Of a stretch of DNA of 64,000 bases, positions 51,183-60,120 are shown one piece after another; position 1 is the first letter of the stretch; each line of letters opens with the position of its first letter. The stretch comes from Candidatus Latescibacterota bacterium (GTDB taxonomy: Bacteria > Latescibacterota > UBA2968), in contig OZ241986.1 in NCBI GenBank assembly GCA_965204375.1, positions 864,001-928,000 of the forward strand. The letters run 5' to 3'. Under the pieces are notes generated by a model. That model was given only the letters and a program-made list of their open reading frames with translations. It made no database searches and was not told the DNA's origin. The position numbers and the translations under genes were made by a program.

Positions 51183-52754
51183 CTAATGCGCTCCGATTAC
51201 CACCAGGTCACGCGGTGGTAGTGGGAAATCCTGGAGCATGACGCGGTGCATCATTTCCTTCATCAGTTGGTAGCGCGTTTCCCGATAGGCCGGATCATGT
51301 ACGACGTTGATGAATTCGCCGGAGTCTTTGGTGAGATCGAAAAGTTCCTCTCCATCATCGCGCCCCGGTGTGACCGAGTAGCGGAACTCGCGGTTTCGCA
51401 GCGTTTGTTTCCAGGGGTATTTCATGGCCCCCTCTCGGAAGGGCGACTCGCACAGGCCGCCGAACGACTCGGAGAATACCGATTGCCGCCAGCCCGAAAC
51501 TTGCTCTCCCTTGCACAGAGGCATCAGTGAACGACCGGCACATAGCGGATGGTCATCGGCGACCCCACGCCTCGACAGGGGCCTCGGGTGCTGTTTTAGA
51601 AGTGTTTCGTGCATATCCAAAATGGTCGGACAGATGTCCTCGTGCTGCACGAAGAGATCGCAAGTGCTGCCCTGCTTCAGGCCTGGTCCGGCTACAATCA
51701 GCGGGATGCGGATGACGGCGTCGTAGTGTCTGGCGGATTTTCCGCCCAGATTGTGGTCCATGAGCATTTCGCCGTGGTCAGATACAAAGATGAAGTAGCT
51801 GTTCTCCATCCTGCCGACCTGTTCCAATCGCTCCAGAATGCGGCCGATCTGTTCGTCGAGGTGGATGAAGTCGGCAAAGTAGAGCTTGCGGTAGTAGCGC
51901 CAGTTGGGGATCCTGTCAGGCCCATTCCAGTGGTCCGTGCCGTAACCGACAGGGTCGGGGATGAGTTCCTCGTTCACTCTGTCTAAGAATCGCGCAGGTG
52001 GATGAAATGGGGGATGGGGCTGCACATAGCTAATGTGGGTGTATAGCGGTTGATCCACGGGCGTTTCATCAATGAAATTCAGGGCATGTTCCGTGATCCA
52101 GTTGGTCTGGGAAATCTCTTCAGGGAATGGTAGGGGGTAGTAGCCTTCGGTTCGGGTTTTGTTCCCTCCATCATCACCTTTAGCCCATGCCATCTCCTTC
52201 TTTGCCCGGCGCATTCTCTCGGTCAGGTTGGCCTTCTGCTCGCCATACGAATCGTAATATGGCAACTGAGAATTCCAGTTTGCCGGGGTTGCCATGATTG
52301 CATCATAGTGTTCGGGATGCTCTTTTTCGATCCAGTCGTGCCACTCACCGGTCCGGTTGTCTTCGGTGTTGTGGACAACGTCCCAGCCATATTCCCGGTA
52401 GTCTGGATAGGGATAGTATTCCGAGTCAAACGGATAGAAGTGGATCTTGCCAAACGCGCCGGTTCGCCATCCGGCCATCTGCAGCGTCTTCATGAAGGTG
52501 GGGATGTCGGGATTGAGCCGGTAGCCATTGGAGAGCAGGCCGTGGCCGCGGCTGGTCAGCCCCGTGGCAATGCCCGCCCGGGCGGGACAGCAGACCGGGT
52601 TGTTGGAAAACGCATTGGTAAAGGTCATGCCCATGCCCTGGAGGCGTCTCAGGTTCGGCAGGTCGCAGATGCCGTTCATGGCCGCTTCCAGCCACTTCGC
52701 CCCCATCTGATCGACCATGAAGAAGATGACGTTGGGTTTGTTCGTTGCGTTCAT
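51183..52754 (-). CDS. Sulfatase
   Basis: KPNVIFFMVDQ, CCPARAGIATG, GKIH, SDHG. Confidence 0.9.
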   Translation of the reverse strand: MNATNKPNVIFFMVDQMGAKWLEAAMNGICDLPNLRRLQGMGMTFTNAFSNNPVCCPARAGIATGLTSRGHGLLSNGYRLNPDIPTFMKTLQMAGWRTGAFGKIHFYPFDSEYYPYPDYREYGWDVVHNTEDNRTGEWHDWIEKEHPEHYDAIMATPANWNSQLPYYDSYGEQKANLTERMRRAKKEMAWAKGDDGGNKTRTEGYYPLPFPEEISQTNWITEHALNFIDETPVDQPLYTHISYVQPHPPFHPPARFLDRVNEELIPDPVGYGTDHWNGPDRIPNWRYYRKLYFADFIHLDEQIGRILERLEQVGRMENSYFIFVSDHGEMLMDHNLGGKSARHYDAVIRIPLIVAGPGLKQGSTCDLFVQHEDICPTILDMHETLLKQHPRPLSRRGVADDHPLCAGRSLMPLCKGEQVSGWRQSVFSESFGGLCESPFREGAMKYPWKQTLRNREFRYSVTPGRDDGEELFDLTKDSGEFINVVHDPAYRETRYQLMKEMMHRVMLQDFPLPPRDLVVIGAH

Positions 52755-52782
52755 AAATAAGGCTTTCTTTTGCAAATGATTT

Positions 52783-54417
52783 TTAGTGAATACCAAACCA
52801 GAACAGATCACGCGGAGACACGGGATAATCCTGGCGGATAATCTGTTCCATCAGGCGATCTTTCAATTCGAGGCGTAAAGCGGCATGCTCCGGTTCGTTG
52901 ACAAGATTTTTCTGCTCGTCCGGGTCCGCCTCAAGATCGAATAGTTGCTCGCCGTGTCCATCGGGGTAAAACGTGTATCGGTATCTGGATGTGCGTACGG
53001 TGCGCGCCCAGGCTCCCAGGGTCCCTGGTCCGAAACATGGAAAGGATTCAACATAGGCCTCCTCCCGCCAATCGTCCGGCACCTCTCCACGGCAAAGCTC
53101 GACCAATGACCTTCCTGAAATTGCTGGCGCACTGTCGTCCAGACGGCCACCAAAATGGCGAAAGCGCAGGTGAGGTAGGGGCACGCCGGTCAGGTTGAGA
53201 ATAGTGGGACAGATGTCTTCCATTTGCACGATTTCTTGGCGCCTGGCGTTCTTCTGCAGGCCGGGCCCCGCAATGATCAATGGCACCCGAATACCGCCAT
53301 CATAGTGGCGCTCCTGTTTTTGCCAGAAGCCATGGTCACCGAGAAATTCACCGTGATCAGACACAAAAATGATATATGTGTTGTCAAGACGCCCGGTGTC
53401 TTGCAAAGCCTTCCTGACCCGACCGAGTTGTTCGTCCAGATGGGTAATGTCGGCGAAGTAGCAATGACGCTCGTGGCTGAGGTCCGGTATCAGGGGAGGC
53501 TGTCCATCCGAACCGGATGTAACAGCCATATCTTTCATCCAGGATGGTCGGTCGTCGCTCTCGCCGTGCAACACCCGCGCCATTTTCTGAAAATATTCGG
53601 GCGCGTCAGCATCGTTGAGCCAATCCGCGGGGACAGGAGCAGGGATTTTTTTCGGGTTGACGCGGTCCATGAATTCGGCTGGGGGACAAAACGGGCCATG
53701 GGGTGCCACAAAGCTGATATGGGCAAAAAGAGGCTGATCCGAATCGGTGTCGCAGATGAAATCCACCGCCCTTGCAGTTATCCACGATGACTGCGACACC
53801 TCCTCGGGAAACGGCAGCGTATAGGCCTTGGGAGAGTTCCTGGGCCACGCCTCGGTGGGATGTGGATAACGCTCTTTAGCGGCGCGTATGGCCGGTCTCA
53901 GATCGACGCCGTCGGGACCGTATTTGGCGTAACCCGGAACAGCGGGCCAAGCCGTTGAAAGGGCCGCTTCATAATGTTCAGGATGCGCCTCTTTGACCCA
54001 GTCGAGCCACTCGCCAGCGCGGTCATCCTCAGTGCCGTGTACGACATCGAAACCATAGGGGTGGTAGTCGTGTACGAGGCTTTCGTGATGCGGCCTGAGG
54101 TGCAGCTTTCCGAAAGCGCCAGTCCGCCACCCTTCCTTTTGCAGCGCTTGCATAAAGGTCGGAATCTCAGGGTTGAGCGCGTATCCGTTCATGATTAGAC
54201 CATGTGCTCTCGAACAAAGCCCGGTGGCAATCGTTGCCCGGGTAGGTGAGCATACTGGATTGCTGGAGAATGTTCGGGTGAACGATGTGCCGTTTTCGCG
54301 CAACCAGTCCAGGTTCGACAGCACGCAGATTCCTTTGTCCCGAGCCACTTCGAGCCATCTGGCCGACAACTGGTCAACCATAAAAAGGATAACGTTGGGT
54401 TTGTTTTGTGACTGCAT
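52783..54417 (-). CDS. Sulfatase, same subfamily as 51183..52754
   Basis: KPNVILFMVDQ, CSPTRATIATG, GKLH, SDHG, shared TED.R.GEW.DW. Confidence 0.9.
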   Translation of the reverse strand: MQSQNKPNVILFMVDQLSARWLEVARDKGICVLSNLDWLRENGTSFTRTFSSNPVCSPTRATIATGLCSRAHGLIMNGYALNPEIPTFMQALQKEGWRTGAFGKLHLRPHHESLVHDYHPYGFDVVHGTEDDRAGEWLDWVKEAHPEHYEAALSTAWPAVPGYAKYGPDGVDLRPAIRAAKERYPHPTEAWPRNSPKAYTLPFPEEVSQSSWITARAVDFICDTDSDQPLFAHISFVAPHGPFCPPAEFMDRVNPKKIPAPVPADWLNDADAPEYFQKMARVLHGESDDRPSWMKDMAVTSGSDGQPPLIPDLSHERHCYFADITHLDEQLGRVRKALQDTGRLDNTYIIFVSDHGEFLGDHGFWQKQERHYDGGIRVPLIIAGPGLQKNARRQEIVQMEDICPTILNLTGVPLPHLRFRHFGGRLDDSAPAISGRSLVELCRGEVPDDWREEAYVESFPCFGPGTLGAWARTVRTSRYRYTFYPDGHGEQLFDLEADPDEQKNLVNEPEHAALRLELKDRLMEQIIRQDYPVSPRDLFWFGIH

Positions 54418-54448
54418 AATGACTCTCCTGATGCGCTGTTTGAGCTTT

Positions 54449-55603
54449 TTAGTCAATAATCTTTGTTTCTACAGTCATTTTATTTATTGCATCCCAATTC
54501 CACTCTACGCCCATCCCGGGGCCATCTGGTACATCTACATTACCATCTGCATCCACCGCTTCAAGACCATCCTCATATCCTTCGAGAAAAATGTCAGAAG
54601 TCAGTTGCAAACATTCTATATCGGGATGGACCCAAACCATTTCATAATAATTCGAATTACCTATGGCAGACATCACATGTCTTTGCGCTGGACCAACTCC
54701 GTGAATTTCAATATCTGCGCCTACCGTTTCAGCCGCTGACGCCAGTTTCTTCGTTCCCGTGATTCCATCTCCATTTACATTGCCCCTGATAAAATCTGTC
54801 GATCCGGACAACAGCATATTCATCTTTCCAGAGATTCCCGTAACTTTTTCCCCTTGAAGAAGTGGTGTATCGAGAAACCCTTTTAGTCTCTGGTGTCCAT
54901 TCTCAGTCGTGCCGTCCCCAATAAAATAAGGATCCTCTATCCAATAAAAACCGGCTTCATCGCAGGCTCTTCCAACTTTTAAAGCATCCGCAAATGTTGA
55001 ATAATAGTTAAATGCATCCAGCATTAAATCCATCTTTCCCCCGACTCTATCGGCCACAGCGTGTATCAAGTTTATATGGTCTTGAATGTCAGGTCTGGGG
55101 AATGGATGGATCTTAAACCCTTTATAACCTATTTCTAAGCATTGTTCAGCAAAATCGGCGTACGATTCTGGCGTGGATAATCCCCCTTTTAATCCTTCTT
55201 CTCCTCCGTTCATCGTACTGGCATAAGCGGGCAATTTTTTTCTATATCCTCCCAATAATTCAGATACGGAGAGGTCCGTCATTTTTCCGAGGATATCCCA
55301 TAAGATGATGTCAACAGATCCGTGCATCCCACTCAGATGAAACTTATTGAAATCTTGCCATATTTCTTCTCTTGCGAGCGGATTCCGTCCCAATAAGTCG
55401 TGAGCGATGCGAGAAATATCATGGCTAATCGGATAGGTTCCGACGACGCCACAATCAGTATAAATACTGGTCATGTGTTTACCCATTGAAAGATTCACGC
55501 CTGGGTTATAGGTCATCCACGAAGAATATGTACCAGGTCCACAATCTTTGATTTGCCACTGAATCCTTTTTATTTCAATCTTTTTTATTTTAGGCGATTT
55601 CAT
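54449..55603 (-). CDS. Mandelate racemase/enolase superfamily protein (AT-rich relative of 30805..31965)
   Basis: DIILWD..GK, LPAYAS, FKIH, LMLD, WIEDP, NSNYYE; RBS CAGGAGA. Confidence 0.9.
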   Translation of the reverse strand: MKSPKIKKIEIKRIQWQIKDCGPGTYSSWMTYNPGVNLSMGKHMTSIYTDCGVVGTYPISHDISRIAHDLLGRNPLAREEIWQDFNKFHLSGMHGSVDIILWDILGKMTDLSVSELLGGYRKKLPAYASTMNGGEEGLKGGLSTPESYADFAEQCLEIGYKGFKIHPFPRPDIQDHINLIHAVADRVGGKMDLMLDAFNYYSTFADALKVGRACDEAGFYWIEDPYFIGDGTTENGHQRLKGFLDTPLLQGEKVTGISGKMNMLLSGSTDFIRGNVNGDGITGTKKLASAAETVGADIEIHGVGPAQRHVMSAIGNSNYYEMVWVHPDIECLQLTSDIFLEGYEDGLEAVDADGNVDVPDGPGMGVEWNWDAINKMTVETKIID

Positions 55604-55715
55604 TTCTATCTCCTGGTCTGAAACCCTCGCAGGAAAGACGGTTAGCTTTAGCAGGTTTTTCAATCGACCTGCATGGGTAACGGTTAAACGTTGACAAATA
55701 ACCTTATACTGAGTA

Positions 55716-55740
55716 GGGACTTGACCCGTTTTGGTGAGTA
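55716..55740. mobile_element. Isolated IS3-family terminal inverted repeat relic
   Basis: GGGACTTGACCCGTTTTGGTGAGTA matches the IRL at 16664-16640 at 19 of 25 positions. Confidence 0.6.
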
Positions 55741-55742
55741 TC

Positions 55743-56681
55743 TTATGCTGATTTTCCGGGCGGGCAGATCGCATCTATTTTTTTCAGAGTAGCTTGATCG
55801 AGCTCGCCGTCGGCAGCGGCCGCGTTCTGTTTTGCCTGCTCGGGTGTCTTCATTCCGGGGATGGGACAGGTGACGGCAGGATTGGCGCGGGTGAACTTGA
55901 GCGCGAGATCAACCATGTTCCTGCCTTCGGGTACTAACTCGCGAATCGCTGCGACCTTGTCGAGTCTGACGAGAAAAGCGTCGCGTTGACTTTCTTCTGG
56001 ATTCCAGAGATCTCGAACCGAGTCTTCAAACCTTGTATCTGCCGTGAATTTATCCGCCAAAAGACCCTGAGCGATTGGGCCTCGCAATAACACCCCGATA
56101 TTGTTGTCCAGGCAGTAGGGTAGGATGTCCTTTTCAGGCCCCCGGTTAAGGAGCGAGTAGTTGATCTGACACGATGCACATGCGCCCTCTGAGTTGAGCG
56201 CTTTGAGCGAATCCAGGTCGTTGGTAGATATCGCGTAGTGACGGATCTTTCCCTCTTTCTTGAGCAACTCAAAGGCTTCGACAAAGATCTCGGGATGTTC
56301 CGGGGTTCCGATGTGACACTGATACAGGTCGATATAGTCTGTATCGAGCCGGTAAAGGCTTGCGTGACAGCAATTGATGATGCTGTATATCGTCTTGTAC
56401 CCGAGGGGATCTCCCTGGCGGCGTCCCCAGTTGCCAGCCTTTGTCGCGATATAGACCTCAGATCGCTTGCTTTTCAGGGCTTTGCCTGTGTAGATTTCAC
56501 TCTGACCACAACCGTAGCCATCCGCGGTATCAAACAAATTAACGCCTGCATCGAGAGCCGCGTTGATGGTGTCGAGGGCCTGCTTTTCTTCAACTGGACC
56601 CCACTGTCCGCCGATGCCCCAGCATCCCATGGAGACAGCGCTCACATTCCACCCCGTTTTCCCAAGCGTTCTATACTGCAT
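55743..56681 (-). CDS. Aldo/keto reductase
   Basis: YRTLGKTG, FDTADGYG, IATK, YIDLYQCH, PIPG. Confidence 0.92.
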   Translation of the reverse strand: MQYRTLGKTGWNVSAVSMGCWGIGGQWGPVEEKQALDTINAALDAGVNLFDTADGYGCGQSEIYTGKALKSKRSEVYIATKAGNWGRRQGDPLGYKTIYSIINCCHASLYRLDTDYIDLYQCHIGTPEHPEIFVEAFELLKKEGKIRHYAISTNDLDSLKALNSEGACASCQINYSLLNRGPEKDILPYCLDNNIGVLLRGPIAQGLLADKFTADTRFEDSVRDLWNPEESQRDAFLVRLDKVAAIRELVPEGRNMVDLALKFTRANPAVTCPIPGMKTPEQAKQNAAAADGELDQATLKKIDAICPPGKSA

Positions 56682-56694
56682 GATATTCCTCCGT

Positions 56695-57543
56695 TTATGA
56701 TTTTTCCCGACGAGGCGTCACGCGCCAGTCGGTTCGCAGTTCGGCAACGCGGTCGGCTGGCGGTTGCATGAAGCGCTTGACCCTTTCACTGGCTTTCGCT
56801 TGCAGCTCAGGCCCGGCCAGTTCCCAGGCATTGTAGAACAGCCGGTCGCCGTTTGGTACGATGCGGATGTTCAGGGTGCGCCGGGGCTTGTGAGTCTGAT
56901 TTACGCCTGCGCAATGCAGGCCTCCCGCGTTTACAATTAGTAAATCACCCGGATCGCCGGTCGCCTGGATCTTGTTGCTGTCTGAATCCGGCTCGGGATC
57001 CATCATTTCGGGTTCGTCGGCTTTGAAACAATGTGTGCGCGGAATCAACCGGGTACCGCCGTTTTCCGCTGAATAGCCGTCGAGCATAAAGAAGAACCAC
57101 AGGCCGTTGTGCTTGCCTTCGTCCGTGAGGCCGGGCCTGAAGTCGCGATGGAAGTGCCCCTGCCTCGCGTCCGGGTGATAGCGTACGGTGTTGGCAACGA
57201 GATCTAAAAAATGGTAAGTACCCAGAGCGCGTTCGCAGATCCCGTGAACGGTGTCGTGGTCGAGCAAATCCATGGCCGCTTTACCCCACATGAAACAGGC
57301 ACGGGCATTTGGATTGATTGTGAAGTTGCGTTTCCCTTTTCCGTCGAGAATGCGCACTTCAGGCAACTTCATTCCCCCTTGCCACTCGGCGATATAATCA
57401 TCCGCAGCACGCTGGGCGATATCCCGGAGAGGGGCGAGATACCCGGGTGCGATTTGCTCCCGCAGGATGACATAACCGTTTTCTTGCAGATCGGCTACGT
57501 GTGCGTCCAATTTCTCGTCGCTCATTGGATGGACTGGTTGCAT
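56695..57543 (-). CDS. PhyH family dioxygenase
   Basis: LQENGYV, FHRD, NGGTRLIP.TH, PGD...N..LH.AG.N...RR. Confidence 0.85.
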   Translation of the reverse strand: MQPVHPMSDEKLDAHVADLQENGYVILREQIAPGYLAPLRDIAQRAADDYIAEWQGGMKLPEVRILDGKGKRNFTINPNARACFMWGKAAMDLLDHDTVHGICERALGTYHFLDLVANTVRYHPDARQGHFHRDFRPGLTDEGKHNGLWFFFMLDGYSAENGGTRLIPRTHCFKADEPEMMDPEPDSDSNKIQATGDPGDLLIVNAGGLHCAGVNQTHKPRRTLNIRIVPNGDRLFYNAWELAGPELQAKASERVKRFMQPPADRVAELRTDWRVTPRREKS

Positions 57544-57571
57544 AGGTTGATCTCCTTTCGCGTTGCGGACG

Positions 57572-57594
57572 AATTGAAGTTACGTTCAAGATGT
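57572..57594. repeat. Left part of split copy of the ~126-bp duplicated segment
   Basis: AATTGAAGTTACGTTCAAGATGT identical to 63712-63734. Confidence 0.9.
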
Positions 57595-59066
57595 CAACGA
57601 GGGTCGCCAGCTTCAATTGTTCGTTCCAACAGCCTGCTGCGCATGGCTTCTTCCCGATCTCGATAATCCGGGTTTCCTGCCAGATTCACCAGTTCGCCCG
57701 GGTCGTTCTGCAAGTCGTAAAGTTCAGAACGATCGTTCACATAATGTGCGTATTTCCAATTCTGGTTTCGAACCATGCGACCCCGAGAAAGGAAGAACGT
57801 TCCCGACTCAACCAGCGGCAATTCAGGTACGGGTTCAGTCCGACTCGTGCCGGCTTTCAGCGCGTCCAGTTCTGCTTCTGGTCCTCCCTCTGGCAATGGC
57901 TGACGGCTGCCAACTTCCGCATAGGTACAGTCTCTTTCTGGAGCCATACCCGACATCATTTCGGTCACACTTCTACCCTGAACACCCGGCGGAATCGAGA
58001 TTCCGCTACTCTGGAGTAATGTAGGCATCAAGTCGATTTGCTCAATTTGTAGTGCGTTGGTTGCACCATCCCGTGCATGTTCCAAACCCCTTACGATCAA
58101 CGGGACCTGGACAATGCAGTCGTAGAATGCAGCTGTTTTCCGAATGAGTCCGTGTTCGCCCAGGTACTCACCGTGGTCACCTGTGGCAACAATGATGGTG
58201 TCGTCCCAACGACCAAGCGCTTTTAGTCCATCAAAGAATTTGCCCAAGCATTCATCCAGGTGCCTGAGCATGCCGTAGTAATACGCCATTGTCTGCCGCA
58301 GCTGCTCGTCATCCATGAGATGTAGCCATCCGCCGTGATAATAGACTTGCTGAACGAATGGTTTTGAGTCCAATTCACCCTCAGGTCTATGTGGGAGAGG
58401 CATGTCCTCTGGTCTGTACATCGTGGCAAAAGGTTCGGGAGCCCGATAGGGCGGATGAACATCGGAAAAGCTCAACCACACAAACGAAGGCTCGTCACCC
58501 TTCCGTTCAAGATAATCGAGGGCATGATTCACGTTGGCTCTTGCTGGAGATTCAGCAGGATCAAAAGGATAGGTTCCGCCATACCAGATTGGGTTTGGGT
58601 GATCTCCCCAACGGAAACGTCTTGTTTGTGATTCGAACACGGATGGGTCGATGGGTATTGCAGGCCCAGGAAATGGCTTCCCATAGGCTTCTCTCTGCTT
58701 TTGCCGAAGTGGTGACTCTTCAATACACACTTCAAATCCTGCAGTTTCGGCATCTGGAAAGCAGTGGTTTTTCCCAAATAGGCCACAGCCGACGCCAGCA
58801 TCTTTCAATAGCCCTGGAAGATGAAACCCTTCCTTTTCTTGCATCAACAGCGTGTTGTCTCTGGAACCTGTAACGCTGGGATAACGACCCGTGAAAAATG
58901 CGACCCGTGATGCGACGCAGAGTGGAGAAGGTACGGTGCAGTTTTCAAACCTGATGGCTTCGCTGGCAAAGCGATCTAGATGAGGTGTCGCTTTGACGGG
59001 ATTGCCATAGCATCCCAATGCGCGAGCGGCAAGATGCTCAATGGTGATTACGACAATGCTTTTCAT
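57594..59066 (-). CDS. Sulfatase (CxAxR variant)
   Basis: CVASRVAFFTG, GKNH, GDHG, ELYDL.NDP.E. Confidence 0.88.
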   Translation of the reverse strand: MKSIVVITIEHLAARALGCYGNPVKATPHLDRFASEAIRFENCTVPSPLCVASRVAFFTGRYPSVTGSRDNTLLMQEKEGFHLPGLLKDAGVGCGLFGKNHCFPDAETAGFEVCIEESPLRQKQREAYGKPFPGPAIPIDPSVFESQTRRFRWGDHPNPIWYGGTYPFDPAESPARANVNHALDYLERKGDEPSFVWLSFSDVHPPYRAPEPFATMYRPEDMPLPHRPEGELDSKPFVQQVYYHGGWLHLMDDEQLRQTMAYYYGMLRHLDECLGKFFDGLKALGRWDDTIIVATGDHGEYLGEHGLIRKTAAFYDCIVQVPLIVRGLEHARDGATNALQIEQIDLMPTLLQSSGISIPPGVQGRSVTEMMSGMAPERDCTYAEVGSRQPLPEGGPEAELDALKAGTSRTEPVPELPLVESGTFFLSRGRMVRNQNWKYAHYVNDRSELYDLQNDPGELVNLAGNPDYRDREEAMRSRLLERTIEAGDPR

Positions 59067-59085
59067 CTTTTATCCAGTCTCTGTG

Positions 59086-59193
59086 GATGTGTAAAAGGGC
59101 TGATCACGATATTCGGGTAGGAACCGCTGTTGTTATCACCCATCATCACGATCCTTTCGCCCGTTGAAACCAGTCAATGAGTTGGCTTTTAAG
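59086..59193. repeat. Right part of split copy of the duplicated segment
   Basis: 108 bp matching 63730-63837 with one mismatch (TGATCAC vs TGATCGC). Confidence 0.95.
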
Positions 59194-59231
59194 TCTGTAA
59201 CAATGATGAGAAAATTTGGTTTTGTGGCCAT
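59136..59231 (-). pseudogene. Hollowed-out sulfatase: 5' stub fused to a 3' end
   Basis: MATKPNFLIIVTD joined out of frame to DNA encoding LKSQLIDWFQRAKGS* of the sulfatase ending at 63790. Confidence 0.8.
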
Positions 59232-59246
59232 AATGATCTACCTGGA

Positions 59247-60089
59247 TCATTCCTTGAGCGCGGCAGCATCCTCAGCGATCCACTCTTCCCATCTCTCTTC
59301 GTCGGGTTGCATAAATCCACTGTTGGCTCGCCGAAATACATTTGCATCTTCGCCCAAGAGGCGCAGTAGTCGACGATTGCCAGTCGCTCGTGCTCGCGTT
59401 TTGACTGCTTGAGAAATTGGGCCTGAATAATTGGCTCTGTGTTTAAGCCAGGAATGATTCATCGTTAAAAAGAAAAGGTATCGGTATTCCTTTGAGTAAT
59501 TGGCTGTTCCCGAGTGTACGATAGCATTGTGAAATACGGCGATATCTCCAGATTTGGGATAAAGGATGACTTCGTCGGGGTGGGGTTGCTTTCTTTCTTC
59601 GGCCGTTAAAGACATGGCTTTCATGTGAGAACCTGGAATAATACGTAGGGGGCCAATTTCATCATCGAGATTCTGCAAATAGCTCAGGGCATTGAAGAGT
59701 AAGGGCCTTTGGTAGATGCCTTCTTGAGGAAATTCGGCAAACATGTCCCGGTGAAAACCCAGTACCGGGTTTGTGTTTGGGTCCTGTGGTGCCGTGCGCC
59801 GGTATGTGATGGATTCGAGTTGGACATGCGGGCCGACGATCATTTCACAAAAGTCCAATAGGCGATCATTTTGTAAGGCCGAAAGTACGAGATCGGGTTT
59901 GTGTTCGAGCACATCCACAAAAACCTGGGGACGACTGCCATCGGGATTAGGCAGGCGATCACCGATTTCTTCAAATGAATCCCGCATAGCTTTGACCCAG
60001 ACATCGTCCAGCATCTTTGGGAAAAGTGTAAATCCAACTGTTTTGAATTCTTCAAGGTGTTCCTGGAGAGATTTGGTACCTTCTCGCAT
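59247..60089 (-). CDS. PhyH family dioxygenase
   Basis: FKTVGF, FHRD, GPLRIIPGSH, GD...F...VH.G..N...R. Confidence 0.88.
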   Translation of the reverse strand: MREGTKSLQEHLEEFKTVGFTLFPKMLDDVWVKAMRDSFEEIGDRLPNPDGSRPQVFVDVLEHKPDLVLSALQNDRLLDFCEMIVGPHVQLESITYRRTAPQDPNTNPVLGFHRDMFAEFPQEGIYQRPLLFNALSYLQNLDDEIGPLRIIPGSHMKAMSLTAEERKQPHPDEVILYPKSGDIAVFHNAIVHSGTANYSKEYRYLFFLTMNHSWLKHRANYSGPISQAVKTRARATGNRRLLRLLGEDANVFRRANSGFMQPDEERWEEWIAEDAAALKE

Positions 60090-60120
60090 TTTCAGCCCCC
60101 TCGTGTTTCAGTAATAATTA

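Noticed and set aside
55691-55710. TTGACA and TATACT hexamers
   Set aside because: Only 8 bp apart and on the strand opposite the genes.
2845-60089. PhyH genes as halogenases or a biosynthetic cluster
   Set aside because: All intact copies keep HxD rather than HxG/A, and no NRPS/PKS or carrier protein is present.
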